Of a stretch of 64,000 bases of DNA, positions 38,237-51,807 are shown piece after piece. The position numbers and the translations under genes are program-made. Numbering within the stretch: the first letter of the stretch is position 1; every line of letters begins with the position of its first letter. The DNA is from Epiperipatus broadwayi (lineage: Eukaryota > Animalia > Onychophora): NCBI GenBank assembly GCA_028023455.1, contig JAQFVV010000006.1, positions 9,300,001-9,364,000 of the forward strand. The letters run 5' to 3'. Below the pieces are notes generated by a model, which searched no databases, had not been told where the DNA came from, and was given only the letters and a program-made list of their open reading frames with translations.

Positions 38237-40345
38237 CTAGAACATCATCATCACAAACCTTCAGGAAAACACTAATAAATGATAAGTTTGAACAGTGTGT
38301 ATTGTGATTCATAATGCCACATATGGTTAGCTTCAGTAACCCAAAAAATGAGGGGTTGTGCTTGTTAAATCCCTATCACTGATCTATCCAATATCTCCAA
38401 ACTAGTTTCTAAATTATGCGTTTTGTCCTTGAGAAGCTTTTGGATCTGGGAGAAGTGCAGCTGTATCCTTTGGATCTAATGCACCTTACCTCTAGTGGCC
38501 ATCTTTTATTTCTTTGTTTTACTATCAATCTACCAAGTCAAATTGAAAAACATGTTTTTTCAATCTAAACCAATGTGCTTGTATAGATACATATCTGAAA
38601 TCAGTTCAGTATCTATATATTATCTTAGTTTTTTTAATAATTATGAATATCTCTATACTTGACCAGAATTGATGTAAAACCACATTTCTGAAGTCGTGAT
38701 GTCTTACTGGCTTTAAATAATAAATATTCTGTGATGCATTTATTCTCATTTTTAAATTTTCTCTGCCGTGATCAGCCTTCATACTATCTGAGTTAATGTT
38801 TTTAGTCAATCTTCAATAATCAAATTCTTTGATTAGTAATGTGGATGAATATTATATTCTGTCACTACTTCTATCATTTCCCAGAAAATCAAGCATAAAT
38901 CTTTACTAACATAGCTATTTATAAGGGAGGTATTTAATGCGCAACATTCCATGATGATTTGGAAGCTCTATAGAGAAGTTCAGTACCCACTTTACTGGCC
39001 ACAGCTTAAATTCATTTACCAGTATCGGCAGATTTCACTGTGTACATGTAATTTCTCAAAGTGATACTAAAGCTTTATACACCAACTACCTTCAAGAATT
39101 TATCTTATTTGCAGTGCTGATAAATTAATTGTGTATTGTATTTAGATATTTATTTATGTCAAAGTACGTCACAGTTCTTCACGAAAAAATGAGCATTGTA
39201 ACTTTGCCTTGTACATTAATCTGTTATAAATAAGCCGTGTTAAACACGCTACTAATTCTGAGATGTAACCTTTAATAACAAATTGAGCTTAATGGTAATA
39301 TTTAAATAAGAGTAACCCAATCTTTTATTGGATTGTTAGTTCTTTCATGGACACTGTTTGTGGGTGTAGCTCAAAACGTATGCAAAAGTGGGTTTTTTTT
39401 TTCCCCATCAATTGGTGGTGATTAGAAATTAAGATAATATGATAAATGAAACTTGAGGTTTTAGTATCACTTCACGAAGTTACATAATTGGATAATTATT
39501 AATAAATATTTTTTTGATATCTTTGTAGCTTCATATTCACTTAAATTTGCCTAAATCTAAGAAAAACCTATAGGAGCCATTTTTAAACTGAGTAAGACCT
39601 GTCATTGCTTGTTGAGAATTTTTCATTCTGTCTGATTGCACTAACTTTCATTATTACATCTGGTGGGTTTCAGCAATATCTGGTTTCAAAAAATATTTAA
39701 TTGTTTTCTCATTTACGCATTGGGGCTGTAATTCAATTCCTATACCTCTAGCTGTAAATAAGTTCACAATTATGTATCTTCGCCAGCAGGGATGACTGAA
39801 TATACCTGGACATGTCAGCTTTTGTTTATATCATAACAATAATGATTGATTTCTGTTAATATGAAATACAGCATATTCAATTTATTAACCCCTATTCATT
39901 TTTATATCTTTTATGATCTCTGTGTAAATAACTTACAAATACTAATTTGCATATTGATACTATATTTTCTTCTAGGTAAGATCATATATATATATATATA
40001 AGATCTAACAAGGACTTTTAAAATATAGAAATGGATTCAAATCTAGACCAAAGTTTTCATGTTCTAACCAGGTTTAGGTTTGTCTATCAGATAACTGGCT
40101 TACAGCTATTCCAATATTAATCAGTAAATGGGTATTTGGATTTTCTTATTAAGATAGTAAAGGATGGAAAATTGCTCAAACCGTTGCCGTCAGTTGTTTT
40201 TTTTATGGTGTGTGTGTGTGTGTGTGGTGGAGGAAGGGTTATTGGAGGGTACCTTTTTTTTTGGTTTTGTATATCAAATTAAATCGTATATTTTTTTTAT
40301 AACTGTGCAGTAAAATTGTTTTAATTCATTTCTTTGTTAATTTAG

Positions 40346-40395
40346 GCCTTATTGATATTCCTATAGCAGAAGGGAAAATTAAAAACATTAGAAGA
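40346..40395 (+). CDS. RPUSD4: RPUSD4-like exon 6
   Basis: GLIDIPIAEGKIKNIRR; AG/GTAAGT; phase 1/0. Confidence 0.9.
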
Positions 40396-40519
40396 GTAAG
40401 TAAATTTTATCATTTCAAAGTAGCAATTATGTTTGTGTGTTGTTGAGCATGTGTGTGAAGATAGGAATTTTTATTTATTTTTTTTCATGGGTCATTTTTA
40501 TTTTCTGATGTATTACAAT

Positions 40520-41275
40520 ATTTTACTTTAAATCATCATATGATCACCAAGCTGTTAAAGCAGTAGCAAACTCCATACAGTAGCGACACCTAGTGCAAGC
40601 CTTAGTAATCAATGGATGCAAGGTAGTTTGTGCATAATATGCTATCTAGTGCTTACTCATCCAATATCTCCAAATTTGTTTCTAGCTTCTGGCTATCATC
40701 AATGAGGAGCTTTGGATCCAAGAGCACTGCACCTCAATCTTAGAATCTAATGCAACCCTCCAGCAGCCATCTTTTATCTATTTAGTTAACAGTACAGATA
40801 TGAGCTTTAGATAAAACACATTGTTTTCAATCCAAACTCATTTCCCTGTATGGCTTATCAAAAAACCAGTCACCATCATCCCATAGGTAGGAATGGTATA
40901 AAACCACCAAAGCATAACATGATCACCATTCCTTATGCTTACACAAGCTGTTAATAGTAGTAGCCAACACTTCAAACAGCAGTGTCACCTAGTGCAAGCC
41001 TTAGTAATCAATGGATGCAGAAAGGTGTGTGCATAAAATCCCCATCTTGTGCCTACTCATTCAATATCCCTCGACTACTTTGTGGCTTTCCTTAATGAGG
41101 AGCTTTGAATGTAAGAGTACTGCACCTAGATCTAAGGATCTAATGTAACCCTCCAGCACCCACCTTTTATCTATTTACTTAGATAGGAATTTTATGCAAA
41201 AACCTTCTTGCATCTATTGATTACTAATGCTTACATTGGGTAGCTCTACTGTATGGAGAGTTTATTACTGTTTAA
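40520..41275. mobile_element. Family-A cluster: tandem dimer (400-bp spacing) plus inverted arm
   Basis: Cleavage-site-equivalent positions at 40672/3 and 41072/3; inverted arm 41180-41275. Confidence 0.8.
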
Positions 41276-42254
41276 TATTTTACTTCATTAATTTATTTAT
41301 TTTTAATTTTTTTTATATTTCAAAAAATTATCACTTTTTTTAAAATAATAGAATGTTGACTTGCATGGTTTTATGATGTATTTAATATATTTACACAGTT
41401 GCTTTGAATATTTCAACCAAATAGCTAGTTTTCATCTCATTGAAATATTAAAAGCAGAGGTGTAGTTAAGTAATTGTGATTTGTTTTTTATTTATTTGTA
41501 TTTCCATTAATGCACATATTTCTTATTGTTTCTATGTATTTATTTGTATTCTGTAATTGAATGAAATAAAACAATCATACAGATATAGTAATCTATTGTG
41601 TGGAACCGTTATATGTATGCACACTTATGGATCTAATAAAAAAAATATTCCAGTTATTAATTTTAATTTGCCTTCAAATTGTAGGTTATTATTATTTTTA
41701 TAAATGGTATTTGAACCTAAATAGAATTCTTAGATATTTACACTTATGTATTTTATAATATAAAAATATTTCAATTATTAATCTTAATTTGTCTTTACAT
41801 TATAGACTAACTATTTTAACTATATTATATATATAGTAATTAAACAAAATGATAACACTACATTTTACATCATATAGAAATTCAATGGCATTAGGAAGCT
41901 TATAAAAAGTTGCAAAACTGGACTAGAAGTAATAAATTTGCTTTCTCGCAGGACTGTCTTTTATCAATGCAAATGGCTTGCACTCAAATGTTAAATAAGT
42001 TCCTCTCTTCTAGAATGATGCATTTAATGCTCTACATATATTAGTAACAAAGGTATCACATGGGATTCCTGTTATTTTATCTATTCTATGTGCATTCGTT
42101 GCGATTAATAATTTCAAGCTGACGTGATCTTTTTCAAGCAGCAGGCTGAATAAGACCTTCATCACATTACTAAAGAATAATTTTACAAGCATCTTATTAA
42201 GTACAAAGTATAGCAAGATAATATAGGGCTGTGCGATACAGAAATAGCATATCT

Positions 42255-42520
42255 GCTGTGAATACAAGTTGGGGTTCGAATTTCAGAGCAAATGAAATTC
42301 TTTTCGAGACTTGGGAAGTTTTATCTCACGTAGCTGGCCCCTAACAACCCAGCTAACCATTCAGCATTAGTCGATAAATAGGTATCCAACTGTTCTTGGC
42401 TAGGAATACAACAAGGATGGATAACCACTCAAACCCACACAGCCTGGCAATTGGCAAGGCTTGTAAATTTTTATTCAAGGGGAGGGGGTCTTTGCTCTGC
42501 AGATGGGTATCTGTTGAAAA
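42255..42520 (+). mobile_element. Probable tRNA-SINE of a different family
   Basis: B-box-like GGTTCGAATTTC; GC-richer body with a gtcgataaataggtatcc core loosely reminiscent of Nin/Deu SINE domains (from memory, unverified). Confidence 0.35.
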
Positions 42521-43289
42521 TACTGTTTTACCTATATGAAAACAAATTGAATTTTTTAAAGAAAATTACTGTAATTTTTGTATAATAAAATATGTAAAGA
42601 AATTTGTTATGAATTTTAATGATTGGCTAATGCAGGGGTTTGCAATTCATCATTAATTTTGAATTGATTTCCCCAAACTTTAAATTTTATTTTAAAAGTT
42701 TCGACTTATATCAGTATATAATTGATGAATTAACTCATTTCTCTTCTACATATTTAAATTAAGATCGTTTAAATGAGTGATTATTTCTAGAAAAATACAA
42801 GCTCATTAATACATTTACTATTATTCAGCTTGTGGGGAGGAGGGTTCCTTTTATTCTGAGAAACTACTTGAGTGAATAAACAGACGAGATATGAAACATG
42901 CAAAATATTAATCAAAGTTATGCCATTATAATCAGGATGTAAGCATGTCTTTCAAAGAGCCACATGAAAAGTCCTAAAAGGGTACATGCAAGATGCTAAA
43001 AACTAAAAGAATTTTATACAGAAATAAATAAAAATATCACTTTATTGATTAAGTCGCCGGCTTTTATTTTCCCTGAAAAATATGCCGGAAGATTGATCTT
43101 TACAGAAATTCTTCTAATCGTTACTGCAAAATAATGGCTTCTCTACAAAGTTTTTTTGTCGCGATCATTGCTTTAGATTGATACATAGTCTAGCGTGAGA
43201 GGGGAGAAAGAAATAGAAATAAGAAATGAAGGAAAATCATTCTTTGTTTATTGTGAAGGATCATAATAAAATATATTTCAAGTACTATT

Positions 43290-43835
43290 TTTTCCTTTAA
43301 CACAACTATGCCATCTAATGTAAGCTTTAGTAACTAATAGAAGCCAAATGATGATGCTTAATACATCTCTTTCCAGTGCTGCTTTATTCAATATTTCCAG
43401 TGTAGTTTCTGTCTTTGGGCTTTATCAGTGAATGGCTTTTGATCTTGAAATAGTGCACTTGTATCTTTAAGATCTAATGAACCTTTCTTCAATCATCCAT
43501 CATTTACTTCTCTGCTTTATTAAGTTACCAACCCAAATTGAGAAACAAATATATTCAATCTAACCCCACTTGCCTCTATAGTTTTTTAATTTGGGCTGGT
43601 AATATGATAGTAAAATAGAGAAGTGAATAATGGCTGCTAAAAGGAAAGTGCATTAGATCCTAAAGATCCAGATGCATTGTACCTCATCCAAAACTCCTCA
43701 ATGATGAAAACCATAAGCTAGAAAGTAGTGTGGAGACATTGTATAGGATAGCACTAGATAGTGATTAATTAATCAAATCACTATTGGCATCTATTAATTA
43801 CTAAAGCTTCCATTAGATGGCATAGCTGTTGTGGC
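43290..43835. mobile_element. Old family-A inverted pair
   Basis: gccatctaatgtaagctttagtaa / ttactaaagcttccattagatggc ends; decayed HHRs in both arms. Confidence 0.75.
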
Positions 43836-43899
43836 AAAAAAGAGTCTGCTGCCAAAACAACAGTATGTAAGCAGGAGTCATGTGATACTTCATTGTCAT

Positions 43900-44350
43900 T
43901 ATCTTCATTTGCTGGATTAAGGTTTTTTAAATTTTAATCCAGTTTCCCTAATCCATAATGTCTCATCTTTTACATCTTCCCAGAGAAGATCCGTCTCCAG
44001 TTATCTCTTTTAGGAGCTCTTTCTAAGTCTTTACATTCTCTTGGGATCTAGCCTATGACTTCAACTATCAGCTGCTATTATCTCTTATAGAAAAATGTCC
44101 AGATGAACTCCATTTCAATTCCTTAATCTTTCATTGATATTTGTGATGTCTTTTTGTTCTTTTATTGATACCAATAATACTTGAATGATATTCTCATTCA
44201 CTATTTCACCTTTCACCCCCCGGATCACCTCCAACATGAATCTCTCCATACTTCATTATATGCTCTAAAATCTTCATACTGACCTTCTGTTGAAATCTTA
44301 GATCCATATGTAAGAATTGGTAAACACATCTATTAAAAATCTTCCTTTTC
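43900..44350 (-). mobile_element. Decayed RTE 3' fragment
   Basis: agatccatatgtaagaattggtaaacacatc and an (ATC)-like tail match the RTE family. Confidence 0.55.
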
Positions 44351-45527
44351 AAACTAATAGTTGTAATTAAAATTTATTCTATCTATATTGAATTTTATAA
44401 GCCAATAAACATCACATGATCACCATTTTTTATGCTTGCTTATAATTGAATTTATCTATTATATTCAATTTTTAGCAATAATCTGACCAAGTTGCTAACA
44501 ACTTTTCCTTTTTATTACTATCAATATTTATTTTTCTTCTTTTGTGAAAAGAAATTGGACTTATCTTTAGCTCTATTTTCCTTTTTTATATCTGATGACT
44601 CTTATAAAACATTTTCTGAAAGTCTGAAACATTACTCTAAAAACGACCATCTGCAAAATTGAGATGGCTTAAATAATCTCCATGTATTTTTATACCCTTA
44701 GCTGCCCATTTTAATCCACAAAATATTTCCTATAAAACTGCAGTAAAAAGTTTTGGGCATATGGAATTCGCCTTACTTCCTTATCAGTTAAAGGCATACT
44801 ATAGAATGATGGTGCCATAAATTAGTCTTATAACATGCCCAGTAAACAGAAGCAAAACTTTCGGCAAGATAAGAAATATGAGCTAATTTATAATATTAAT
44901 AAGGTAATCACTTGAAATGATTTGCAAATGAAATGGATATATGAAATTCTGAAGTTATTAAAGTAATATAAAACTAAGTTCTGGATATATTGTACCGGTT
45001 ACTCTATTCCCTTACGTACAGCTCCACATTAGTTTATGAATGCTTAGCATGAACCTCGCAAAAGGAATACGATAATTACTATCTATACACATTCCATATG
45101 GAATTATTTCAGACTCATTACAATTATGACAAAAATCCTAATTCACAAAAAAGGAGACATTTCCTAGTCACCTTCTACGCCCTTCTATGTAATAACCATT
45201 GTTCTAAAACAGAAAAAGCCTATTTTATTTTTTTCCATAGCTTATTTATAAGAATTGAATTCTGTCAGCCTTAAACACCAATTTCTGGAATGTGTGTGTT
45301 ACTTCCGACATGGTAATGCCCTATGTTAGCTCTGTACTACAAGCGGCAATTACTAACACTCCAGAGTGATATTATATAACAATGTTAAGTTTAGCAATAT
45401 TCAAATTATACTAACAAAGAATTGGATAGGGAGATGATTGAATGCCATAACTAAATATTTTAATAAATTGAGCAGTTTATTTACGAAGACTAATCACAAT
45501 CCAATTTTTTTTTTTTTCTATGTCAAA

Positions 45528-45599
45528 TGCGTCGACTGGGAAGCGAACCCGGGCCAGCTGCTTGGAAGACAGCTATGCTAACCACTAGGCCACCAACGC
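45528..45599 (-). pseudogene. tRNA-Gly(TCC) retrocopy/pseudogene
   Basis: GCGTTGG...CTTCCAA...GGGTTCGCTTCCCAGTCGACGCA cloverleaf. A58->C, T-stem mismatch, no T4 terminator, poly(A) 10 nt downstream, and a 9-bp TSD-like aaaattgga. Confidence 0.8.
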
Positions 45600-47544
45600 T
45601 GATAGTCCAATTTTCAACAAACAAAAGTAATAAAACACAAATAAATATGTTAAATAAAATCCTGTTCACCAAAAATATAACATAAAAAAAAAATCAAAAC
45701 CAAAAACAAAAAATACAATCTCTATAACCAACTAAACTAAATCCCCCTTGCCTTTCTTCACCCAGTCATTTATGTATGCCTATGTATGTGGACCTGCATA
45801 TACATGCATATATATATATATGATTTTTTTTTTTTATTATTTCTTTCCCTCTGACATTGACTCTTCAAACAAAATTTGTCAATATCAATCTCGGAGAAAG
45901 TTAATACATGTAAGAAGAACCCAATTTATTATGTAATTGCGCAAAAACCATCTATATGCATCTACGTTGGCCAAAGCTACATACGTGCCGATTACTATAT
46001 ATAATACTAACGAGTATTTACATCACTCTATCCAAACTAATCTTTTAGAATACACATTTTTTTTCTATAAGAAAAAATACATGAATAATGATATCAAACC
46101 AGGCATCCATTTCAGTGACACAATGAAAGCACAAATATGATGCCGTACATGGTATAATAAAAAAAAAAAAAATCAATTAAACAAAAAAAATTGATAATAA
46201 AAAAATAATGAATGAAAATGGTAAGTTGACCCAAATAAGTAATTTTCCTTCTCTTTTCTTCTAAAACAATATACTGTTCTGAGCTTTTGCATTTAACAGT
46301 TTTCCCTTGATGAATATATCTATCATCACCACAAAACTTGGCAGTCCATATCTACGATAAATGAGGACCTTGTATGCTTCTTTAGGCTTTTTTTAGGAAA
46401 ATCTGTCGACAGACAGCAATGCTGAAATAAAATCACATGATTAGGGATATAGAGAATCCAGCATACTTAAAGTTTCTCTACTCCATTGGATTTATCATTA
46501 TATACTTAATATTAAGTTGTTTTTTTTTGAGTTTTCGCTCTGCCTTAACCTAAAGCATTTTTTCCGAAACAGCAAACAAGCATAAACCGGAACCAAGAAA
46601 CAGGACAAACTAAGTTAAGACCCTATATGTATATCTTAACAATTCTCCCTTTTATAATTTTTCTTTCATTAAAAGAAAATGCTGACTCACCGCTCATGTG
46701 GTCAATCTTATTAGCTTTACTCTTACAAACAAGAAATTCTCCAGTTACCAAGACTGAAAAATTTAAGTAGTCTCAGCTTACAAAAATTTTAGTAATTTAA
46801 ATTACTAATTCTGAAGGTCAAAATATACACATTCTTTCGCCTTGAATAAGCAAGAAAAATAAAATTCTTCAATAATTACAAGGTCAAAAGATAATAACAG
46901 TCTTAATTAATTCATTACAGGATTTAGTTAATGACATTTTTAATTTATTAATTTTAAGATAAAAATCGATTAAATTCTCATATAATTAATTGTAGTACAA
47001 AAAAAAAAAAATAATGAGGTTTTTATTTAATTTTGCAGCGTAAGATAATCAACATTCTTAACATATTTTATCTTTACCAGAAATAGCGCACATTCTTATG
47101 AAACTTTTTTTTATATAATATCAAAAATATAAATATAACTTTATATCTTCCGTGTATATACATTTTGCATCAGTAGACTCATTCTTTTTTCCCCCCCTTC
47201 TTTTTGTACCTTTTCCCAAATCTTTATCTTATTAAGATCTAGCCTTAAACTAACATCTCAACCCAGCATTCATTCTTCACATTGCATGCCTGTATATATA
47301 AAAATTAAGAAAGAAAATATTTAGCCGTCTGTTTCTGCATGAGGAATAACATGCTGTTTTCTATATGTATTTATAGTAAATATATAATGAAAGCGTGCTA
47401 AGAGTAATAAAGCTAAATATTATTTTTTAAAAATTACCTTTTTTGTGTGTATTTTCATTTTACCAGGTATTTATATGTTGCAAATGTTTTTACAATTAAA
47501 AAAGAGAATTTAAAATTGATTTTAGGAACTATAGCTTTTAAGGT

Positions 47545-48640
47545 AGCAGATTCTTCACACCAGCAAAACTCTCCATGTAGTTGCTCCACTCCCTGCAAGC
47601 CAGAGTAATCAATGGCTGCAGGAAGGTTTGTGATAAAATCCCTACCTAATGCCTACTCATCCAATATTCCCAGATTAGTTTCTAGCTGATGTGATGTGAT
47701 GTACTGTGACTTCTCCTTATATGGAGTCAGGAATCTCTCAACAACTATGCCCAGAGAAACCTGTTAGCCACTTTACCTTCCCTTTCCATTCTCCACCCTA
47801 AGTTTTCTCATAATCTGCGCCATACCATTTCCACAACATAATATTTGTCAACTCCATGACCTTCATATCTAAATCCCCTTTATCTTTTCCCAAATCTAGC
47901 ATAAAAACCAAAAATTCACTTTCTATATAATCACTTTGTTCATATTTAATCTTCCATAACTTCGTTATTTGTACCCTTTCTGCTTCCAAGCATTTACATT
48001 GAAGTAACAGATGTCTAATATTTTCTATGCCTTCCTTACACAATTTGCAGACTAAATCACCCATATTTTTCCATTTACATGTATATTCTCTTGTTGCTAA
48101 AGATCCCATTCGAGTCTTAAACAATAAACTAATTTCCTTACTATTATCATAAATTAACTCATATCCAATGTTCCGTTTACTTCTATATATATTTAAACTC
48201 ATTTTACTCTACATACTAGTTCTCCATCTCTCTAACTCCCTATTCTTTATTAATGCATCTATTCTTCTATCCCACTCCTTACCACTATAACACTCAACAA
48301 TCCTCCTAACACAATCATCCCACCTTTTGTGCAAGTATACTGACATAAATTCTTTATCCAAATCTTCTGCATACCCGCATTACCTTTCTCACCCATCTTG
48401 TTGCCTGTCCTTTACTTGTAAGCTTGTGGCTCCTCATACAATAGTGCCACTCAGTGCAAGCCAGAGTACTCAAATGGATGCAGGAAGGTTTGTGTATAAA
48501 ATCCCTATCTAGTGCCTACTCATCCAATATCCCCAGACTAGTTTCTAACTTGTGGCTTCATCAGTAAGGAAATAATGTATAAGGAGTTTTGCCTCTGTGA
48601 AGAACAGCTTGTGTAAGCATAAAGAATGGTGATTATGTGA
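47545..48640. mobile_element. Family-A copies interrupted by a LINE; a second copy with an intact-core HHR at 48530-48569 (-)
   Basis: Family-A sequence ...gtttctagct| resumes as |agcttgtggct after the LINE; CCUUA-CUGAUGA-AGC(CACAA)GUU-A-GAAA-CUAG-UC-UGGGG. Confidence 0.75.
47688..48420 (-). mobile_element. 5'-truncated LINE 3' end (C-terminal CCHC knuckle, (ACATC)n tail)
   Basis: LFKTRMGSLATREY...CKLCKEGIENIRHLLLQC; same family as 61.0-62.6 kb; ~4-bp agct TSD. Confidence 0.85.
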
Positions 48641-49184
48641 AGTTTGCAGTTTCTGGTCTACAGTTATAGAAAAGTTCTTCACATAAGTGGACAAACATTA
48701 TTTTAATGAAAATCTCATTCTTTTTTCAGGGTTAATGTCTTTAATTTTATAGCTAATTTCTTGGGAGGTCATTTGATGTTTGAACACCTTAATGGCAGAT
48801 TGAGATTTTAACAGTTTCATTCAGACTGGGTTTTATTCCATTGAAAATCGGCTTTTAACCCACCACTGAACTAAGTTGCATAGGGTAGTAATCACATGAT
48901 TAATCATTCAGGAACATCATGACAGTTAAGCACTAGAAATGATAGATTGAGCTTCAATTCAAAGAATCTTTAGCTTTTCAATCTGTTACTCTACCATTGT
49001 CAGGAAAATTAGTCCTTGATAGAGGTATTTATTGTAACATATTCTAAGATAATAGACTAAAATAATGGTTGTGTTTGAAGATATTTGATGTTTATGTTAT
49101 TCTCGTTCTTTTTATACTTTTGCTTTAAAAGTACTTCGCTACAATGTTATTGTAATTTTTGGTATTATTTGCCTTTGCTAATAG

Positions 49185-49326
49185 ATGATATTACAACCTG
49201 AAAGAACTGAAGAAACGAGAAAAGTTGTACCAAGAACCAAACGACATTCTCACAAAGCCTTAACATATTATAAAGTATTAGATACCAACAATTCATGTGC
49301 GTTAGTTGAACTGTGTCCTGAAACAG
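49185..49326 (+). CDS. RPUSD4: RPUSD4-like exon 7
   Basis: MILQPERTEETRKVV...KALTYYKVLDTNNSCALVELCPETG, leading into motif III; phase 0/1. Confidence 0.95.
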
Positions 49327-49914
49327 GTAAAATTTGTCATATATATATTGTGTTTATGCTTTTTTTTTTTTTTGATTCTTCATATATATAAAATATAGAA
49401 AACCTCCCTCCCCATAATTGTGATTTTCATACGCACGAGTCCAAAAAAAATATTAAGCAAAAATTAAAAATTTATTTTTAAAAAATTAACGGCTGGATAT
49501 AGCGATTGCAGAATATTCAAGTACTATTGGATATTCTATTCCCACACTAGAAATTAGGTTTTTTTTTATTTAAAGCAACTAAATTCTGTTGAAAATTTAG
49601 TTAAACTGTATGGTTTTCACACCAAGGGAATTATGGAGTTAATTATCATCGTCATGTGAGTAGCTTTTAAGTAACGGGACATGTATGTGCAATGATCATA
49701 TGTTTGATTATGAAAAAAATATGGACCAAAAGGAAAAAGTGCAAAGAATAAAATTTAAAGAAGTTGTTCATATAATAACGGCAATAACTCCATAAGTCAA
49801 GTTGGTAATTCATATTTGGAAACCACTCATTAATCTTGCCCTTTGGAGAAATCAGGAGTACCCTGATAGATAAGTATATGAAATTTCTACTGACCGTTGT
49901 CCATGTTAGAATAA

Positions 49915-50160
49915 TTTAATTGGTTAGAGCATCACTTTAAATTCAATATTCATGAATCCAAAGATCCAAGTTCGATTCCCATACTAGTGTTGTCACTGGT
50001 CAGGCCAGCAACGCTTGAAGAAGAGAAAATACCACTTGAAGCATTGTGTTATGTACTAATTTGTGTGTGATTATTGACATTTGAATGTACTTGAAAGATT
50101 CATTGAATTTTTCTAAAGAAATTTAACTATTAATATTAGATGATGGAAATAATCTGACAT
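49915..50160 (+). mobile_element. Single family-B tRNA-SINE
   Basis: ttggttagagc A-box, agttcgattccc B-box, decayed HHR GCAACGC-UUGAAGA..GAAG-CA-UU-GUGUU, ends gatgatggaaataatc. Confidence 0.75.
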
Positions 50161-50810
50161 GTAATTACTAATAATGGAAATGCTTATTTAGTCATTTCTG
50201 ATTATAAAAATAAATAATGTTCACAGATGAATAATTAACGGAGTACAAATGTATCAAGCGAAACAGTTTCTCGCTTAAATCAACCAATCACTAGCAGCCA
50301 CTAGTAAGAAAAAGCAAACAGTGAAAAAAAATAAAAAGTTAGAAAATAAAATAAGTAATATTTCAATACAAGTATATTGTCTCTACTTAACTTAAATGTA
50401 ATTTAGAAGGGATTTGAACTCAGACAGCTATCCACTCCATCTTATACAACCAACACACATGACCACATAAAAAAATAAGAAGAAAAAATAGAATCATAAT
50501 CGTACAAACACATAAACCCATTGTCCCACAAATGCAAAGAATGCGATAAAGAATATGGAATTGCATAATGGTCCCAAAATGGAGAAAGAGAATGCGATAA
50601 AGAATATAAATATTGCATATTGTAGTGATATATATTAGTTCCTCTGCTAATTTAATTTTGCAGTAATATCAAAAAAAGGTTTACCGTTTTCATTATCAAA
50701 CATTTATTACGTACATACTTTCATCAAAATATCCAAGAAATGGAATGCATAATTATTTCATTTGCATAAATTTGCATCACTCCAAGTCAATTTATTATAT
50801 TTTGTAATAC

Positions 50811-50851
50811 GGCTATGATTATGAGGGCTTGAACCTTGAAAGCGCTTAGCC
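50811..50851 (+). ncRNA. A3-U8 variant HHR after a PLE remnant
   Basis: GGCU-AUGAUUA-U-GAGG(GCUUGAA)CCUU-GAAA-GCGC-UU^-AGCC; upstream ISKKWN remnant matches the LSRKW/LSK*W ends of the other copies. Confidence 0.7.
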
Positions 50852-51807
50852 ATTTAATGAATAGATATTAAAATAATATATATTTGCTTTATTTGTTTTT
50901 AGCTTTGGGTGCTTGTGCGTGTTAGTGCATTTTATATATTTTGATTCATAATTAGCCACAAAGTATAAACTATTTGCTTATATCAATAGATTATATAAAT
51001 AAGAAATCTTGAGATAAAATTACAGGAAAATAATTCTTTAAATTATTACCCAAATAATTTCTAATATCAACAGCAAAAAGAAATGTTACATAATGAAAAA
51101 TATTTATTTACTTAAAATATATCAAGTTAAGTAGCGCATGTTGGTTTTAGTAAAAAAATCAACATAGTCAAAAAGCATTCTGGGATTATTAACAATTCTG
51201 ATCATTAAAAAGCAAACTTTGTGTTTATTAGCTGTATTTATGGACTAAAAATTAAAATTAATAATTAATTTATATATTATAACAAATTCTATTTCTCCTA
51301 GTCTGATTCTGTCACCTAGTGTAAAATTGAATAATTAATAGATATCAGGTGATGTGTTTAATAAATCCCTATCAAATGCTATTTTATCCTTATTCCCAGA
51401 CTAGATTATAGTTTATAACTTTTATCCTTGAGGAGTTATGGGTCTGGATGTAGTGCACCCATCTTGAAATTAAAAAACATTTTAATGTTTTACATCTAAA
51501 CCAACTCATTTGCATATATTTTAGGGTTCTCAGTTTTGGACAGGATTATTGTAAGACTGACAAACATCACTATCTTATCTTCATAATATTTTACAGTATT
51601 ATTTTTTATACCAGGTGGCAAGTCTGGAGTACAAGAAGTAAATTTTCTACTAAAAAGTATTATGTAAACTTAAATTAACTTGGAGAGACCTTCATCCTGC
51701 AGTGGATCGATAATAGTTGGAAATGATTTAATGATCAGGTCCATTAAATAATTTTAATTGAATTAATATATACCAATGTACTGGATTTGTATAAATAACA
51801 TTGTTTG

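Noticed and set aside
38600-39850. piggyBac-like transposase remnant
   Set aside because: Only a vague motif resemblance (IVNLFTA); cannot be supported without a search.
45528-45599. Functional tRNA-Gly(TCC) gene
   Set aside because: A58 change, T-stem mismatch, no oligo-T terminator, and poly(A) plus TSD-like flanks favour a retrocopy.
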